In this document: positions 9,901 through 18,279 of the stretch, piece by piece
How the letters are laid out: the number at the start of each line of letters is the position of its first letter
Numbering within the stretch: position 1 is the first letter of the stretch
Virus record (IMG/VR): IMGVR_UViG_3300035704_000001
Coordinates: 32,001-96,000 of that record
Reading direction: 5' to 3' (one strand)
Length of the DNA stretch: 64,000 nt
Origin: a virus
Position numbers and translations under genes: made by a program
Notes under the pieces: model-generated
Databases searched by the model: none
Seen by the model: the letters and a program-made list of their open reading frames with translations, nothing else
What the model was told of the DNA's origin: nothing

Positions 9901-10038
9901 CTGTCCGCGGCGGCGGAAACGCTCTGGGTCCTGGATAGCGACGCAGCCCGGATGAGCGAGGCGGAGCAGGTGCCGGACTCGGTGAGCATCGACATCCTGC
10001 CGGCTCTTGATGTCTCCGTACTTGTGTCAGGTGGCTAG
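7000..10038 (+). CDS. 1012-aa Gly/Ala/Ser/Thr repeat protein, probable fibre or surface structural protein
   Basis: ~30 repeats like PGVAASGSGTASAA; N-terminal globular domain; acidic C-terminal D-x-D repeats. Confidence 0.8.
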   Translation: MHGLPDIKAAVRRLQARQRGWGRGQAYAGQVIGYRRDGRPIRLAFGAAGPAVVQTKSNSATSGTALAVTLTSTGAGNSLIVCVATNAATSANFASGVKTSSNKVLAAAKQETDSAGAAAEIWYVDGLSAGDTSVTITFPTALSHQNAVAYEVSGLGGAGGSLDKTNAAFADGASPTTWTSGATGTLTQASEFAVGCSSQVGLSVVVTPPSSPWTNTSISSAGGITAGEQVVSATTSLTYGGTNTHSGTGHTATCIATFKASTATTTNATVSASGSGTATAAAPQSPGAAGSGSGTVSAAASVTVPAGVAASGSGAASLAAVTGPGVSGAGTGAASASVRVLPGVSGTGAGAASAAASAVIPGGVAASGAGTGALAVTTSPGVAASGTGTASAVLAVLPGVSGTGTGTAGAAGSLTAAGGVSGSGTGTGSAAEVTQPGVAASGGGVASASAQQLPQVSGSGTGTASAALSRLPGVAASGAGTVAVAASLQPGVPASGTGVSSAAAPSTPAVAASGLGAAAVAAQALVPVAAAGSGSGTASLGPAQVLGAAASGTGSAGIALAQLPGVAAAGAGSVSASVRTGPGVSASGTGAASVPGVLQLAVVAGSGAGVAAAGLQIALSVSGAGSGSASAAAVQGPSAAATGSGTASLGLTQQPGASGSGTGTASAGPPAVTSGLGVLATGSGSGGAGAVLGAGVSGAGLGTMSAGVTQRPAVSAAGLGSAAAAAAQDPGAAAAGQGQASAAAATGPAIASAGSGAAVLSGSLAAPVTASGSGSAVLGLVQGPAAGGAGTGTAVAAGGSAVSAGVTASGTGAAILAAVSLILITDSDSCLASESEFAWLTDSDGAVMADGGEIIVIRDRDSCGISERELTAWPSDQDSCTADDEAMSAWPGDYDRISAADGGELITLSGGAETCTATDAELPLQVWTYPPLIRIGPGGHFVVRSREGRVVVTGRHAGADILRFAQQLSAAAETLWVLDSDAARMSEAEQVPDSVSIDILPALDVSVLVSGG

Positions 10039-10091
10039 CGGTGCTACCGTAGCGTTTTAGCAGGTCAGAAAAAAGATATCCAGTTTCCTTG

Positions 10092-10107
10092 TGATATCTA
10101 GATATCA
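10092..10107. promoter_or_regulatory. perfect 16-bp palindrome, candidate operator
   Basis: TGATATCTAGATATCA in an AT-rich island 18 nt before a DNA-binding protein gene. Confidence 0.6.
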
Positions 10108-10125
10108 TGTGGTAGAACAGATTCC

Positions 10126-10413
10126 GTGAGCGCCAGCACCCAGAACATGCTTCTGCGGCTCCCGCCGGAGCTGATGGAGGAACTGGAGGCTGCCTGCGAT
10201 GACGAGGGCCTGGACCGCACCGAGCTGGTGATCCAGGGACTTGTCATCCGGCTCCGGATGAAGGACAAGAGCAGGGTCGGCCCGCTGCTGGACGCCTACG
10301 GCTACCAGCCACGACGCAGGCCGGGGCGCCCCCGCAAGGGAGCGGCCGCACTGAACGGATCGGGACCCGGCGGAACACCAGGTGCAACCGGAGGGTTGCA
10401 TGATGAAGCCTGA
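10126..10413 (+). CDS. ribbon-helix-helix-like DNA-binding protein with AT-hook-like motif
   Basis: LLRLPPELMEELEAACDDEGLDRTELV (RHH pattern); RRPGRPRK. Confidence 0.65.
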   Translation: MSASTQNMLLRLPPELMEELEAACDDEGLDRTELVIQGLVIRLRMKDKSRVGPLLDAYGYQPRRRPGRPRKGAAALNGSGPGGTPGATGGLHDEA

Positions 10414-10852
10414 GGAGGGATCAGATGGCTAGCGTTCGACACGGACTGCGACAAAGTTTGGCCCCGTGTAGAAGAACGTATAAAAGCATTGTTCCGCCCC
10501 GGGTAATAATTACAAAACCAGCAGCAAGTTTTCAGAGCTGCGGGCTGCCCGCCCGGGCAACGCTGACCGCCACCCTGGAGAGCCGCGGTACCAACTCCCG
10601 CGGATGCAAGGCGGTACCCGGCTCACACCGGAGCTGGGTGTACCTGACTGAGGAGATCCGCCGCGAGGCGTCGATCCCCGGGGAAAGGTGCCTCAGGCGA
10701 AAGGGACCAGCCGCCGCGAGCGGCAGGGCCGGCATCAGCCGGCCTGGAGCAGCACCCATGACGGACCAGGCAGGCCTCTCTCAGCCGGCCCGGTTCACGA
10801 GGTGTCCCTGTCAGGCGGGCAGCCTGCTCTTTTCTTCCCGCGGAGGTGCGTG

Positions 10853-11125
10853 ATGGCACGCTTGCTGGGATCTGACCCGGCCGCCGACGCGGCCGTGGCG
10901 CACGCGCTGGAGCTGGCCGGCGCGGCCCGGGCGAACTACCGGGGCGAGATCGAGTTCACCGGCCCGGACCCGGCGCTGGTGCCGTTCGCGCTGGCCGAGA
11001 TCTGCGCCATCCTCATGGACCAGCTGGACGCCGCCGGCGGGGACTCCTCCGCGGTGATGATGGACATCTACATGGCAGTGAACGGACGAGACCGGGGGGA
11101 GACTGAGGGAGCGGGACATGGCTAG
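10853..11125 (+). CDS. hypothetical protein
   Basis: GGAGG RBS; coupled to next gene. Confidence 0.6.
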   Translation: MARLLGSDPAADAAVAHALELAGAARANYRGEIEFTGPDPALVPFALAEICAILMDQLDAAGGDSSAVMMDIYMAVNGRDRGETEGAGHG

Positions 11126-11402
11126 AACGCACGACCTGGCCGGCATGACCCCGGGGCAGCTGCACGCCCTGGGCATCGAGACGCTGGACATGTCGCTCAG
11201 CGCCGCGCACGGCGACCTGGGACGGGCGAGCGCCCAGGCGACCCAGGCGATGGCGCTGTTCTTCGCCTCGCTGTCAGCGGACAACCTGGACGAGCTGGCC
11301 GGCTCGCACCGGGCGCCCTCGCTGGACCGGGAGGCCGGCGCGGCGCTGAAGCGGGCGCTGGCGGAGGACAAGACGCTCGGGGAGCGGGTGCACGATGGCT
11401 GA
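11118..11402 (+). CDS. hypothetical protein
   Basis: 8-nt overlap chain. Confidence 0.6.
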   Translation: MARTHDLAGMTPGQLHALGIETLDMSLSAAHGDLGRASAQATQAMALFFASLSADNLDELAGSHRAPSLDREAGAALKRALAEDKTLGERVHDG

Positions 11403-11814
11403 GGCTGGGCCCTACGACCCTGCCCGGGACCTGGCCGTGCTGCTGCACGCGGCCGTCCGGCAGGGGTTCTGGTCGCCGGCTGCCCGCGGTTCCATCGGCC
11501 GGCTGGCCCGGGAGCTGGACGTCGGCGACTTCACCATGGCCTCCGACGTCGAGACCCGGCTGCGCGAGATGCTGGACCGGGCCGGCCGGGAGCGCGCCGG
11601 CCGCGACGAGGCAGCCGCGGCCGCCACCCGGCTGCACGAGGACGCCGCGGCGTTCCGCGCGGAGATGGCCGGCGCGGAGGCGGACCTGGACGGCTTCGTC
11701 AGCCGCACGCTGGCGGCGGCGGCCTCGGAGCTGCCGGAGCACCATCCCATCCGGCGGGTGCTGGCCCGCCGGCCGGACCCGGGCTACCCGGTCAGCTACA
11801 ACGGCGCCATCTGA
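11395..11814 (+). CDS. hypothetical coiled-coil protein
   Basis: overlap chain. Confidence 0.6.
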   Translation: MAEAGPYDPARDLAVLLHAAVRQGFWSPAARGSIGRLARELDVGDFTMASDVETRLREMLDRAGRERAGRDEAAAAATRLHEDAAAFRAEMAGAEADLDGFVSRTLAAAASELPEHHPIRRVLARRPDPGYPVSYNGAI

Positions 11815-12146
11815 TGAAGATCGCGGGCCACTGCCCGATGGGCTGCGGCGAGGGCCTGATCCTGTCCGAGCTGGGCGAGATCTTCTGCGCGGGCCTGCTG
11901 TGCCCCCGGCCCGCCGCGGCCGCGGAGATCCTGGCTGACGCCGAGTCCGGGCACGTGGTCATCATCACCGCGGAGGGCTTCACCATCCGGCACCCGCTGC
12001 GCGAGCGGCTGGACGACGCGCTGATGGACTGCGAGGTCCACGTGAAGTGCGCCCGGTACGGCGATGAGGTCGAGCCGGGCACCTACCGGGCCGCCCGGAA
12101 TGCCCGGGGCGCCTGGGAACTAACCCCGCTTGACGACCGCACTTGA
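11814..12146 (+). CDS. hypothetical protein (CPMGCG Zn motif)
   Basis: TGATG coupling; FTIRHPLRERLDD motif typical of an actinophage family. Confidence 0.65.
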   Translation: MKIAGHCPMGCGEGLILSELGEIFCAGLLCPRPAAAAEILADAESGHVVIITAEGFTIRHPLRERLDDALMDCEVHVKCARYGDEVEPGTYRAARNARGAWELTPLDDRT

Positions 12147-12172
12147 CAGCAGTCAGGTGAAACACGTACGGT
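12143..12172 (+). promoter_or_regulatory. SigA-type promoter with operator
   Basis: TTGACA-18nt-TACGGT; TTGAC-agca-GTCAGGT. Confidence 0.75.
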
Positions 12173-12179
12173 GGCGTGC

Positions 12180-12458
12180 ATGGGGATACTGACAGACGAC
12201 CAGGGCCGGTTCCATGACCCGGACTGCGCCGCCTCGCATGCGTTCTTCGTCGAAGACCGCGGGCACGTCAGCGTGGCGGCGGAGGCGGCGAAGATGATCC
12301 GGGCCGGCGGCATCGCGGCCGTCCGGGCCCGGGTCTGGCTGCACCGCCGGGGCCTGGCCGAGTCCGAGCTGGGCACCGCCGCCGGGCGGGCCCGGGTCAA
12401 CACCATCGCGGCCGGGATGCACGGCTGCTTAACAGCGACAGGGAAGGCACGAAAATGA
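12180..12458 (+). CDS. hypothetical protein (in-frame TTA at 12429)
   Basis: leaderless ATG 7 nt after the -10 box. Confidence 0.55.
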   Translation: MGILTDDQGRFHDPDCAASHAFFVEDRGHVSVAAEAAKMIRAGGIAAVRARVWLHRRGLAESELGTAAGRARVNTIAAGMHGCLTATGKARK

Positions 12459-13318
12459 CCGTGAAGAAGTGGGACGTCTGGAACCTTGACCGCGAGACCA
12501 TGGCCGGCCTGGTGGTCAGCGAGGGCGTCACCGAGAAGGAAGCAAACGCGGACGCGGACAAGCGCAACGCCACCGCGGTGCGGCTGAAGATGCCCGGCAT
12601 CGCGTTCGTGGCGCTGCCCCAGGGCCGTCAGCCTGCCGAGTCGGACCTGCCGCCGCTGCCGGCAGCGGAGAAGGGCGAGCTGCGCGCCGACTGGGCCCGC
12701 GGCCAGGCCGGCAACGGCTACCTCGGCGTCCTGACCCGGCAGCCGCACAACGACCGCTACGTCCTCGCCGACGGCCAGAAGTTCCTCTGGTCCTGCGGGC
12801 ACGTCCACATGCGGCACCGCGAGGCCGTCGCCTGCGCGCAAGCCGAGCTGGACCGCCCGTGGGTGCAGCGGATGAGCCGCGAGGGGCACCAGGTCGGCCG
12901 GTACAGCCGGATCTACTGGGGCAAGCTGCGGACCTCCGCCGACCCGGCCGACCGGGACCTGTACCTGGAGTCGGACAACGGCACGTCCATCGTGTGCTTC
13001 TCTCCCGGCGACATGCCGGCGCTGCGCGCCGCGGTGCTGCCGGAGTCCGAGGTCCTGAAGGCGCTGCAGGACAAGTGGTCGGCCAAGCTGGGCCCGGGCG
13101 GCCGCACGGCTGTCGCCGAGGGGCACATGCAGGGCTACCGGCTGGGTGTCGGCGACATGGAGAACACCCCGGTCTACCGCACCGCCCCGGCGGACGCGGA
13201 CGCCGTGATCAGCTTCCTGACCGGCCTGGCGGGCACGCCGGCAGCCATCCAGGGCGGGAAGCTGGATGCCCTCGGCACGGTGACGGAGTTCCTGGAGCAG
13301 CTGAAGGGCCAGTCCTGA
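12455..13318 (+). CDS. hypothetical protein
   Basis: CAGGGAAGGCAC at 12439-12450; high GC3. Confidence 0.7.
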   Translation: MTVKKWDVWNLDRETMAGLVVSEGVTEKEANADADKRNATAVRLKMPGIAFVALPQGRQPAESDLPPLPAAEKGELRADWARGQAGNGYLGVLTRQPHNDRYVLADGQKFLWSCGHVHMRHREAVACAQAELDRPWVQRMSREGHQVGRYSRIYWGKLRTSADPADRDLYLESDNGTSIVCFSPGDMPALRAAVLPESEVLKALQDKWSAKLGPGGRTAVAEGHMQGYRLGVGDMENTPVYRTAPADADAVISFLTGLAGTPAAIQGGKLDALGTVTEFLEQLKGQS

Positions 13319-13659
13319 TGACCCCGGACATCCAGAGCGAAGTCGCCGACGACCTGAACTACCTGGAGGCGCACGGCGCGCTGGCCGGCGTGGCCGAGGT
13401 GATCCGCGAGCGGCGGCGGCAGATCGAGCAGCTGGGCTACACCGTCACGCACGACGGCACCGAGCACGACGACGGCAACCTGGTGCACCGCGCCGCCGCC
13501 AAGCTGGGCTTCGCCCAGCTGGACCGGGTGACCGGCACTGCTGACCCGGCTTCGGACGAAAGATGGCTGCGCGAGGCCGGCGCGCTGGCCGCGGCCGAGA
13601 TCGACCGCCTGACCCGGCTGCTGGCCCCGGATGACCCCCGAGGAAAGGACCCGTCCTAG
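13318..13659 (+). CDS. conserved phage hypothetical protein
   Basis: ERRRQIEQLGYTVTHD...AGALAAAEIDRL pattern common in phages. Confidence 0.65.
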   Translation: MTPDIQSEVADDLNYLEAHGALAGVAEVIRERRRQIEQLGYTVTHDGTEHDDGNLVHRAAAKLGFAQLDRVTGTADPASDERWLREAGALAAAEIDRLTRLLAPDDPRGKDPS

Positions 13660-13995
13660 ATGGACATCTACGCAGAAGCCAGCGCCACCGCGGTAGCCCT
13701 GGTGAGGGCGGCCGCCCTCGGCCACCGGCGCCGCGACGACGACCGCGACCCCGGCCAGATCACCCGCGAGTACGCGGAGAAGATCTGCCTGGCGCAGGGC
13801 CTGACCGACACCACCCAGCCGCTGGGCCTGCTGGTCGGCGCGCTGGCCCAGCTGGGCGGCGTGGCCGTGCTCGGCCTGCACGTGCAGGCTACCGGGCAGG
13901 GCTACGACCAGATCGACCCGGACCAGCTGCGCGAGAAGCTGGATGACCTGGAGCTGATCTTCATGACCGGGGGAGGGCTGAAGCCGAATGGCTAA
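13660..13995 (+). CDS. hypothetical protein
   Basis: AAAGGA RBS, adjacent to previous stop. Confidence 0.6.
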   Translation: MDIYAEASATAVALVRAAALGHRRRDDDRDPGQITREYAEKICLAQGLTDTTQPLGLLVGALAQLGGVAVLGLHVQATGQGYDQIDPDQLREKLDDLELIFMTGGGLKPNG

Positions 13996-14042
13996 GTACC
14001 TGCTGAGCGAGCCCGGGCAGGTCCGCTGGAGGGAGGCGGGCG

Positions 14043-14435
14043 ATGTACGTTGACCCCCGGGAGCTGACCGCCGGCTACGTGCATCCTCAGGGCCGGGGGG
14101 TGTCGGCCTACCGGGGCGTGCTGCGGGACGGCCGGGCCGAGGTATGGCGGTGCGACCAGATTCCGGGCCACCGGCCGCACATGGCTCCCGTCGTGGCGCT
14201 GCGGTGCGCTCAGGCCGAGCTGACCCGGCGGCTGGAGGGGGCCAAGGTCGTGCTCGACGCGCTGCACTGCGCGCCGTGCTGGCTGTTCTGGGACCTCGGC
14301 CAGACGGCGGCCGGCTCGGGCGCGGATGAGGACGCTGCCAGCTATGTCCTGCGCGGGCTGTGCCCGCGCTGCACCGCCCCGGCCGCCCGGGTCCGGCTCG
14401 CCGTGCTGGAGCGCGAAGAGACGAGCGTACGATAA
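14043..14435 (+). CDS. Cys-containing hypothetical protein
   Basis: GGAGG RBS; CAPC, CPRC. Confidence 0.6.
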   Translation: MYVDPRELTAGYVHPQGRGVSAYRGVLRDGRAEVWRCDQIPGHRPHMAPVVALRCAQAELTRRLEGAKVVLDALHCAPCWLFWDLGQTAAGSGADEDAASYVLRGLCPRCTAPAARVRLAVLEREETSVR

Positions 14436-14956
14436 TGGCGGCTTCCCCGGCCAGGGCCCGCGCGAGCGCGCCCCCGGCCCGGCCGAAGGCCAGGCGCCCG
14501 CTCGACTACACCACCAAGGTGCCGGTCTTCCAGACCGTGGCCGAGTGCAGCTCGGCCCTGGGCCGGGGCGGCGCGGACTCGGTGACGGTGCGGTACGACG
14601 CCGGCGAGGAGGCCGGGCTCGGCTTTTCCCTGGAGACCCCGCACGGCAAGCGCGAGTTCCTGCTGCCGGTCCGGATCGACGGGGTGGCCGCGGTGATCGC
14701 CGACATGCTGGACAACGACCGGCCGGCCGTCTCCGGCTCGATCGCCCGGCTGCGGACCCGCGAGCACGCCGCCGCGGTGGCCTGGCGCCAGGTGCTGCAC
14801 TGGCTGCTGGCCCAGCTGGCCATCATCGACGCGCAGATGGCCTCGCTCGATGAGGTCATGCTGCCCTGGCTGCAGGTGAACGCCGGCGACGGCCAGATGA
14901 CGCTGTACGCCCACTACAAGGCCCAGGAAGCGGCCGCGCTGGAGGCAGGCAAGTGA
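14435..14956 (+). CDS. conserved phage hypothetical protein
   Basis: YTTKVP...VAWRQVLHWLLAQLA family pattern; TAATG coupling. Confidence 0.65.
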   Translation: MAASPARARASAPPARPKARRPLDYTTKVPVFQTVAECSSALGRGGADSVTVRYDAGEEAGLGFSLETPHGKREFLLPVRIDGVAAVIADMLDNDRPAVSGSIARLRTREHAAAVAWRQVLHWLLAQLAIIDAQMASLDEVMLPWLQVNAGDGQMTLYAHYKAQEAAALEAGK

Positions 14957-15267
14957 GCGAGTTCGAGATCTACCCGGGAGGCAGGCAAGTGAGCGAGGAA
15001 ACGGACCAGGCCCAGCGGGACGCGATGCTGGCGGCCGTGCTGGCCGTGGTCGGCGAGCACCCGGAGGGATGCACGTCGCAGGACGTCGAGCATGCGGTGC
15101 CGGGCAAGATGCTGCGGCAGGGACGCCCGGCCGTCACCATGTCCCGGGACCGGGCCAAGGCGCTGCTGCGCGAGCTGGCCGGGCAGGACAAGATCCACAG
15201 CCAGCGCGGCCAGGCCACGGTCCTGTACTTCTCCGGCGCGGCACGGGAGGCCAGCGGTGCGGAATGA
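14953..15267 (+). CDS. hypothetical, possible winged-helix protein
   Basis: GTGA coupling; HPEGCTSQDV...KALLRELA pattern. Confidence 0.5.
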   Translation: MSEFEIYPGGRQVSEETDQAQRDAMLAAVLAVVGEHPEGCTSQDVEHAVPGKMLRQGRPAVTMSRDRAKALLRELAGQDKIHSQRGQATVLYFSGAAREASGAE

Positions 15268-15592
15268 CCCGCAGGGCGACGTCACCGAGCTGCGCGAGCT
15301 GCGGATGGAGATGCTGAAGCTGGGCGCGCAGCTCGGCCAGACCCCGCTCACCACGGACACCGCGGTGGAGTTCGCCGTCCGGTGCCAGCTGCGCGCCCAG
15401 CGGCTGAAGCTGGCTGCCGGCGTCACCTGGGGCGACTACGAGCTGATCAGGGCGCACCGGGGCGAGGCGGTCTTCGCGCTGAAGCAGCCGCCGGAGTCCA
15501 GCCCGCTGGGCGGCCCGCGCTGGAGCATCACCGTCGCGCAGGGCCTGGAGGAGCTGGCCGTCAAGCTGGGGACGTTCGAGGACGGCCGTTAG
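15257..15592 (+). CDS. hypothetical protein
   Basis: GGAGG RBS before GTG. Confidence 0.55.
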   Translation: MRNDPQGDVTELRELRMEMLKLGAQLGQTPLTTDTAVEFAVRCQLRAQRLKLAAGVTWGDYELIRAHRGEAVFALKQPPESSPLGGPRWSITVAQGLEELAVKLGTFEDGR

Positions 15593-15594
15593 CC

Positions 15595-16086
15595 ATGAGC
15601 ACCGCCCTGGCCGGGGGCCGGTACGCGGTCACCGAGGCCGAGGAGACCACCAGGGACTGGATCGCCTACTCGGTGGACTGCCCGATGTGCGGCGAGCCGG
15701 CCGGGTTCCGCTGCATCTACACCTCCGGCCCGGAGACGGAGATCAGCGCCTACGGGCGGACCCGGGACTACCGGCATGCCAAGCTGCGGCTCAAGGGCAC
15801 CATGACCGTCCGCCCGCACTACCGGCGGGTGAACCTGGCCCTGGACAGGGCCCGGCAGCGGGCTCTGCGCGAGCAGCGCGCGGCCGAGCGGGCCCGGCGC
15901 AAGGCTGAGCCTTCCGGTTCTGCCTGGCCGAATGAGGGAACCCGGGAGATCCGCGCCGCGCTGAACGCGTTCGACCGGGCCGAGTACGAGCAGATGCGGG
16001 ACTGGCTGAAGAACCACGGGGCCATCTTGTGGGGCGGGGAGCGCCCGGATGGCAGCCTGCGCGGCGAGACCTACGCGTTCGGATGA
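15595..16086 (+). CDS. Zn-finger hypothetical protein
   Basis: CPMCGEPAGFRC...PHYRR. Confidence 0.6.
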   Translation: MSTALAGGRYAVTEAEETTRDWIAYSVDCPMCGEPAGFRCIYTSGPETEISAYGRTRDYRHAKLRLKGTMTVRPHYRRVNLALDRARQRALREQRAAERARRKAEPSGSAWPNEGTREIRAALNAFDRAEYEQMRDWLKNHGAILWGGERPDGSLRGETYAFG

Positions 16087-16101
16087 GGCGATTGACCGGG
16101 G

Positions 16102-16392
16102 GTGCACGCCGGAGAGACCGTCCTCGTCCGGGTGACCGCCGCCCGGGCGGGCCGCCCGGTCACCGAAGGCCTGGTGACCGCCGAGTTCTGGGCGCCCGGA
16201 CGGGACCCCGAGCACGACCCGGCCGCCCGGGCCGACCCGGACCACGCCGTACCAGCTAGTTTCGACGCGCCGAGCCGCCGGTGGCTGGCCCGGGTCCCCA
16301 CCGCGGGCTGGACTCCCGGCACCTGGACCGTGCGCGGCCGCGTGGCGGGAGATAACGAGACCTGGGCCTGGGTGACCTTCGGCCTGGGCTAG
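16102..16392 (+). CDS. small beta-rich (Ig-like) hypothetical protein
   Basis: VPTAGWTPGTWTVRGRV. Confidence 0.55.
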   Translation: MHAGETVLVRVTAARAGRPVTEGLVTAEFWAPGRDPEHDPAARADPDHAVPASFDAPSRRWLARVPTAGWTPGTWTVRGRVAGDNETWAWVTFGLG

Positions 16393-16402
16393 CTGACCTG
16401 GC

Positions 16403-16432
16403 TTGACTGATGTCAGGCGGGGAGATTAGCCT
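16403..16432 (+). promoter_or_regulatory. SigA-type promoter with operator
   Basis: TTGACT-18nt-TAGCCT; TTGAC-tgat-GTCAGG. Confidence 0.7.
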
Positions 16433-16524
16433 CGGTTTCCAGGACCCGAGAGGCCCAGCCCGTCCCGGCGGGAGGCGCCTCTCTCGTCATAAGCCTTCTG
16501 CGCCCCGAGCAGGAGGCTTTACCC

Positions 16525-16929
16525 GTGAAGCCCGTCAACTCGTTCCCGGCTACCGCCACCACGGTGCTGGGAGCCGCCGCCGCGCTCATCATCGCGTTCG
16601 GCCACCTGTCCGCCGCGTCCTCCGCGCTGGTCATCTCGCTGGCCGGCGCGGTCGGCACCGTGGTGATCACCATCGCCGGCGCCATCGCCGGGAAGCCGGT
16701 CTCGATGCAGGTGGTCACCGGCGTCGCCACCGTGATCTTCTCCGACCTGGCCCTGTTCGGCATCCACATGGACTCGGACCAGCGCGGTGCGCTGGCCGGA
16801 GCCGTCACCGTGGCGCTGGGCATCATGTTCCACCTGCTGCACGTGACCGTCGCCGTCGTCCCGCTGAAGGCCACGGCCGTCACCGCCGACCCGGCGCTGG
16901 CGCCGCTGATCGAGCGGGAGGGGCCCTGA
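16525..16929 (+). CDS. 4-TM membrane protein, holin-like
   Basis: AGGAGG RBS; four hydrophobic helices. Confidence 0.6.
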   Translation: MKPVNSFPATATTVLGAAAALIIAFGHLSAASSALVISLAGAVGTVVITIAGAIAGKPVSMQVVTGVATVIFSDLALFGIHMDSDQRGALAGAVTVALGIMFHLLHVTVAVVPLKATAVTADPALAPLIEREGP

Positions 16930-16964
16930 GCGCGCAGGACCCCGGCCGGCGCGGGGACGGGGCG

Positions 16965-17753
16965 GTGGACCAGATCCCGGACGCGGGCACGGGGCCTGCT
17001 GACGGAACTCCGAAGGCGGAGCCTGATGCCAGTGTGCGCCACGGCGCGGCCGCGCACAACATCGCCGCGGCCTGGCCGTCGCTGGCCGCCCGGCTGGTCG
17101 AGATCGGCGGCGTGCGGCTCAGCTACGCTGAGGCCGTCAAGGCAACCGCGGTCCTGGCGGGGAGCCGCACCTCGGCCATCGCCCCGGTGCTGCGCGCGGC
17201 CGGCTCCCCGCTGGCCGGGTGCGACTACTTCGCGGTGGCGGCCCCGCACCTGGCGGCCGCGCGCCAGCTGCCGAAGACGGGGCGCATCGGGGCGGCCGGC
17301 CGCCACGTCACCAAGATTGCCTTCCTGGAGGCGGCCGGCCAGGTCCTCGCCCGCGCCCGGGCGGCCGAGCTGGCCAGCTGGAACGCGGCCCTGGCCACGG
17401 ACGAGCGGTACGCCGCGGCTATCGCCCGGGACGCGGTGACGCTCCGGCAGCGGGCCCACCTCGCCGGCATCCGGTCCTCGGTCCGCTCCGCGGTCTCCCG
17501 CGCCGTTGCGGCCTGCAACGCCCGGCGCGGCGAGTTCTCCTGCTCCGAGGACACGGCCTGCGGGACCGGCGCGTGCCGGTTCGCGGCGCTCGCCTACGCG
17601 TCGCTGGACGCCCCGGCGCCGCCGGGCAAGGTGATCCGGCCGTTCAACCACGCCAGCCGCGGAGCGGGCTTCTCCGGCGACGCCGCCGCCGACCAGCTGG
17701 CGCAGCTCCGGCCGTGGCGGGCGGGGGTCCCGGTGGCCGACGTCGCCGCCTGA
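16965..17753 (+). CDS. hypothetical protein (start uncertain)
   Basis: 3' part of ORF 16410-17753 has coding-like GC3. Confidence 0.5.
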   Translation: MDQIPDAGTGPADGTPKAEPDASVRHGAAAHNIAAAWPSLAARLVEIGGVRLSYAEAVKATAVLAGSRTSAIAPVLRAAGSPLAGCDYFAVAAPHLAAARQLPKTGRIGAAGRHVTKIAFLEAAGQVLARARAAELASWNAALATDERYAAAIARDAVTLRQRAHLAGIRSSVRSAVSRAVAACNARRGEFSCSEDTACGTGACRFAALAYASLDAPAPPGKVIRPFNHASRGAGFSGDAAADQLAQLRPWRAGVPVADVAA

Positions 17754-17768
17754 CCGAAGGGGCTAGGC

Positions 17769-18077
17769 ATGGGGAACCCGGTCATGCACTTCTTCGGCCT
17801 GGACAACGCGGGCGGGCCGTTCTACCTGTTCTGGTCCGGCATCGCCGGCTCGTTCCTGGTCAACCTGGGGACGTTCTTCCTGGTCCTGTATATCCACCAC
17901 ACCTGCCAGGACTCGTGGCGGTGCCTGCGCTGGGGTAAGTACCCGGCGGCCGGCGGGATGTTCAAGGTCTGCCGTCATCATCACCCGGACCTGAAAGGCG
18001 TCAGGCCGCGCCGGGCGCACATCGCGGCCTGGCACGAGGACTGGCAGCGGAGGGGGAGCGGTGGGCTTCTGGGGTAA
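17769..18077 (+). CDS. membrane protein with Cys/His tail
   Basis: YLFWSGIAGS TM segment; HHTC...CRHHHP. Confidence 0.65.
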   Translation: MGNPVMHFFGLDNAGGPFYLFWSGIAGSFLVNLGTFFLVLYIHHTCQDSWRCLRWGKYPAAGGMFKVCRHHHPDLKGVRPRRAHIAAWHEDWQRRGSGGLLG

Positions 18078-18279
18078 CGTGCTGGCCGAGGCGCTGGGCT
18101 CGGTCCCGGTGTTCGCCGTCGGGCTGTACCTGTCGCACCGCGGGCTGAAGCGCCACCTGACCCGGGTCACCCGCAAGCAGACCGGGGACATCCGGGTCAT
18201 CACCGATGAGCAGACCAGTGAGCTGGAGCGCCGCCGGGCCGCGGGCGCCGGGCGTAATACAGGGCATGGCCCTTCCTGA
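18061..18279 (+). CDS. small membrane protein
   Basis: single TM segment; overlap chain. Confidence 0.5.
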   Translation: MGFWGNVLAEALGSVPVFAVGLYLSHRGLKRHLTRVTRKQTGDIRVITDEQTSELERRRAAGAGRNTGHGPS

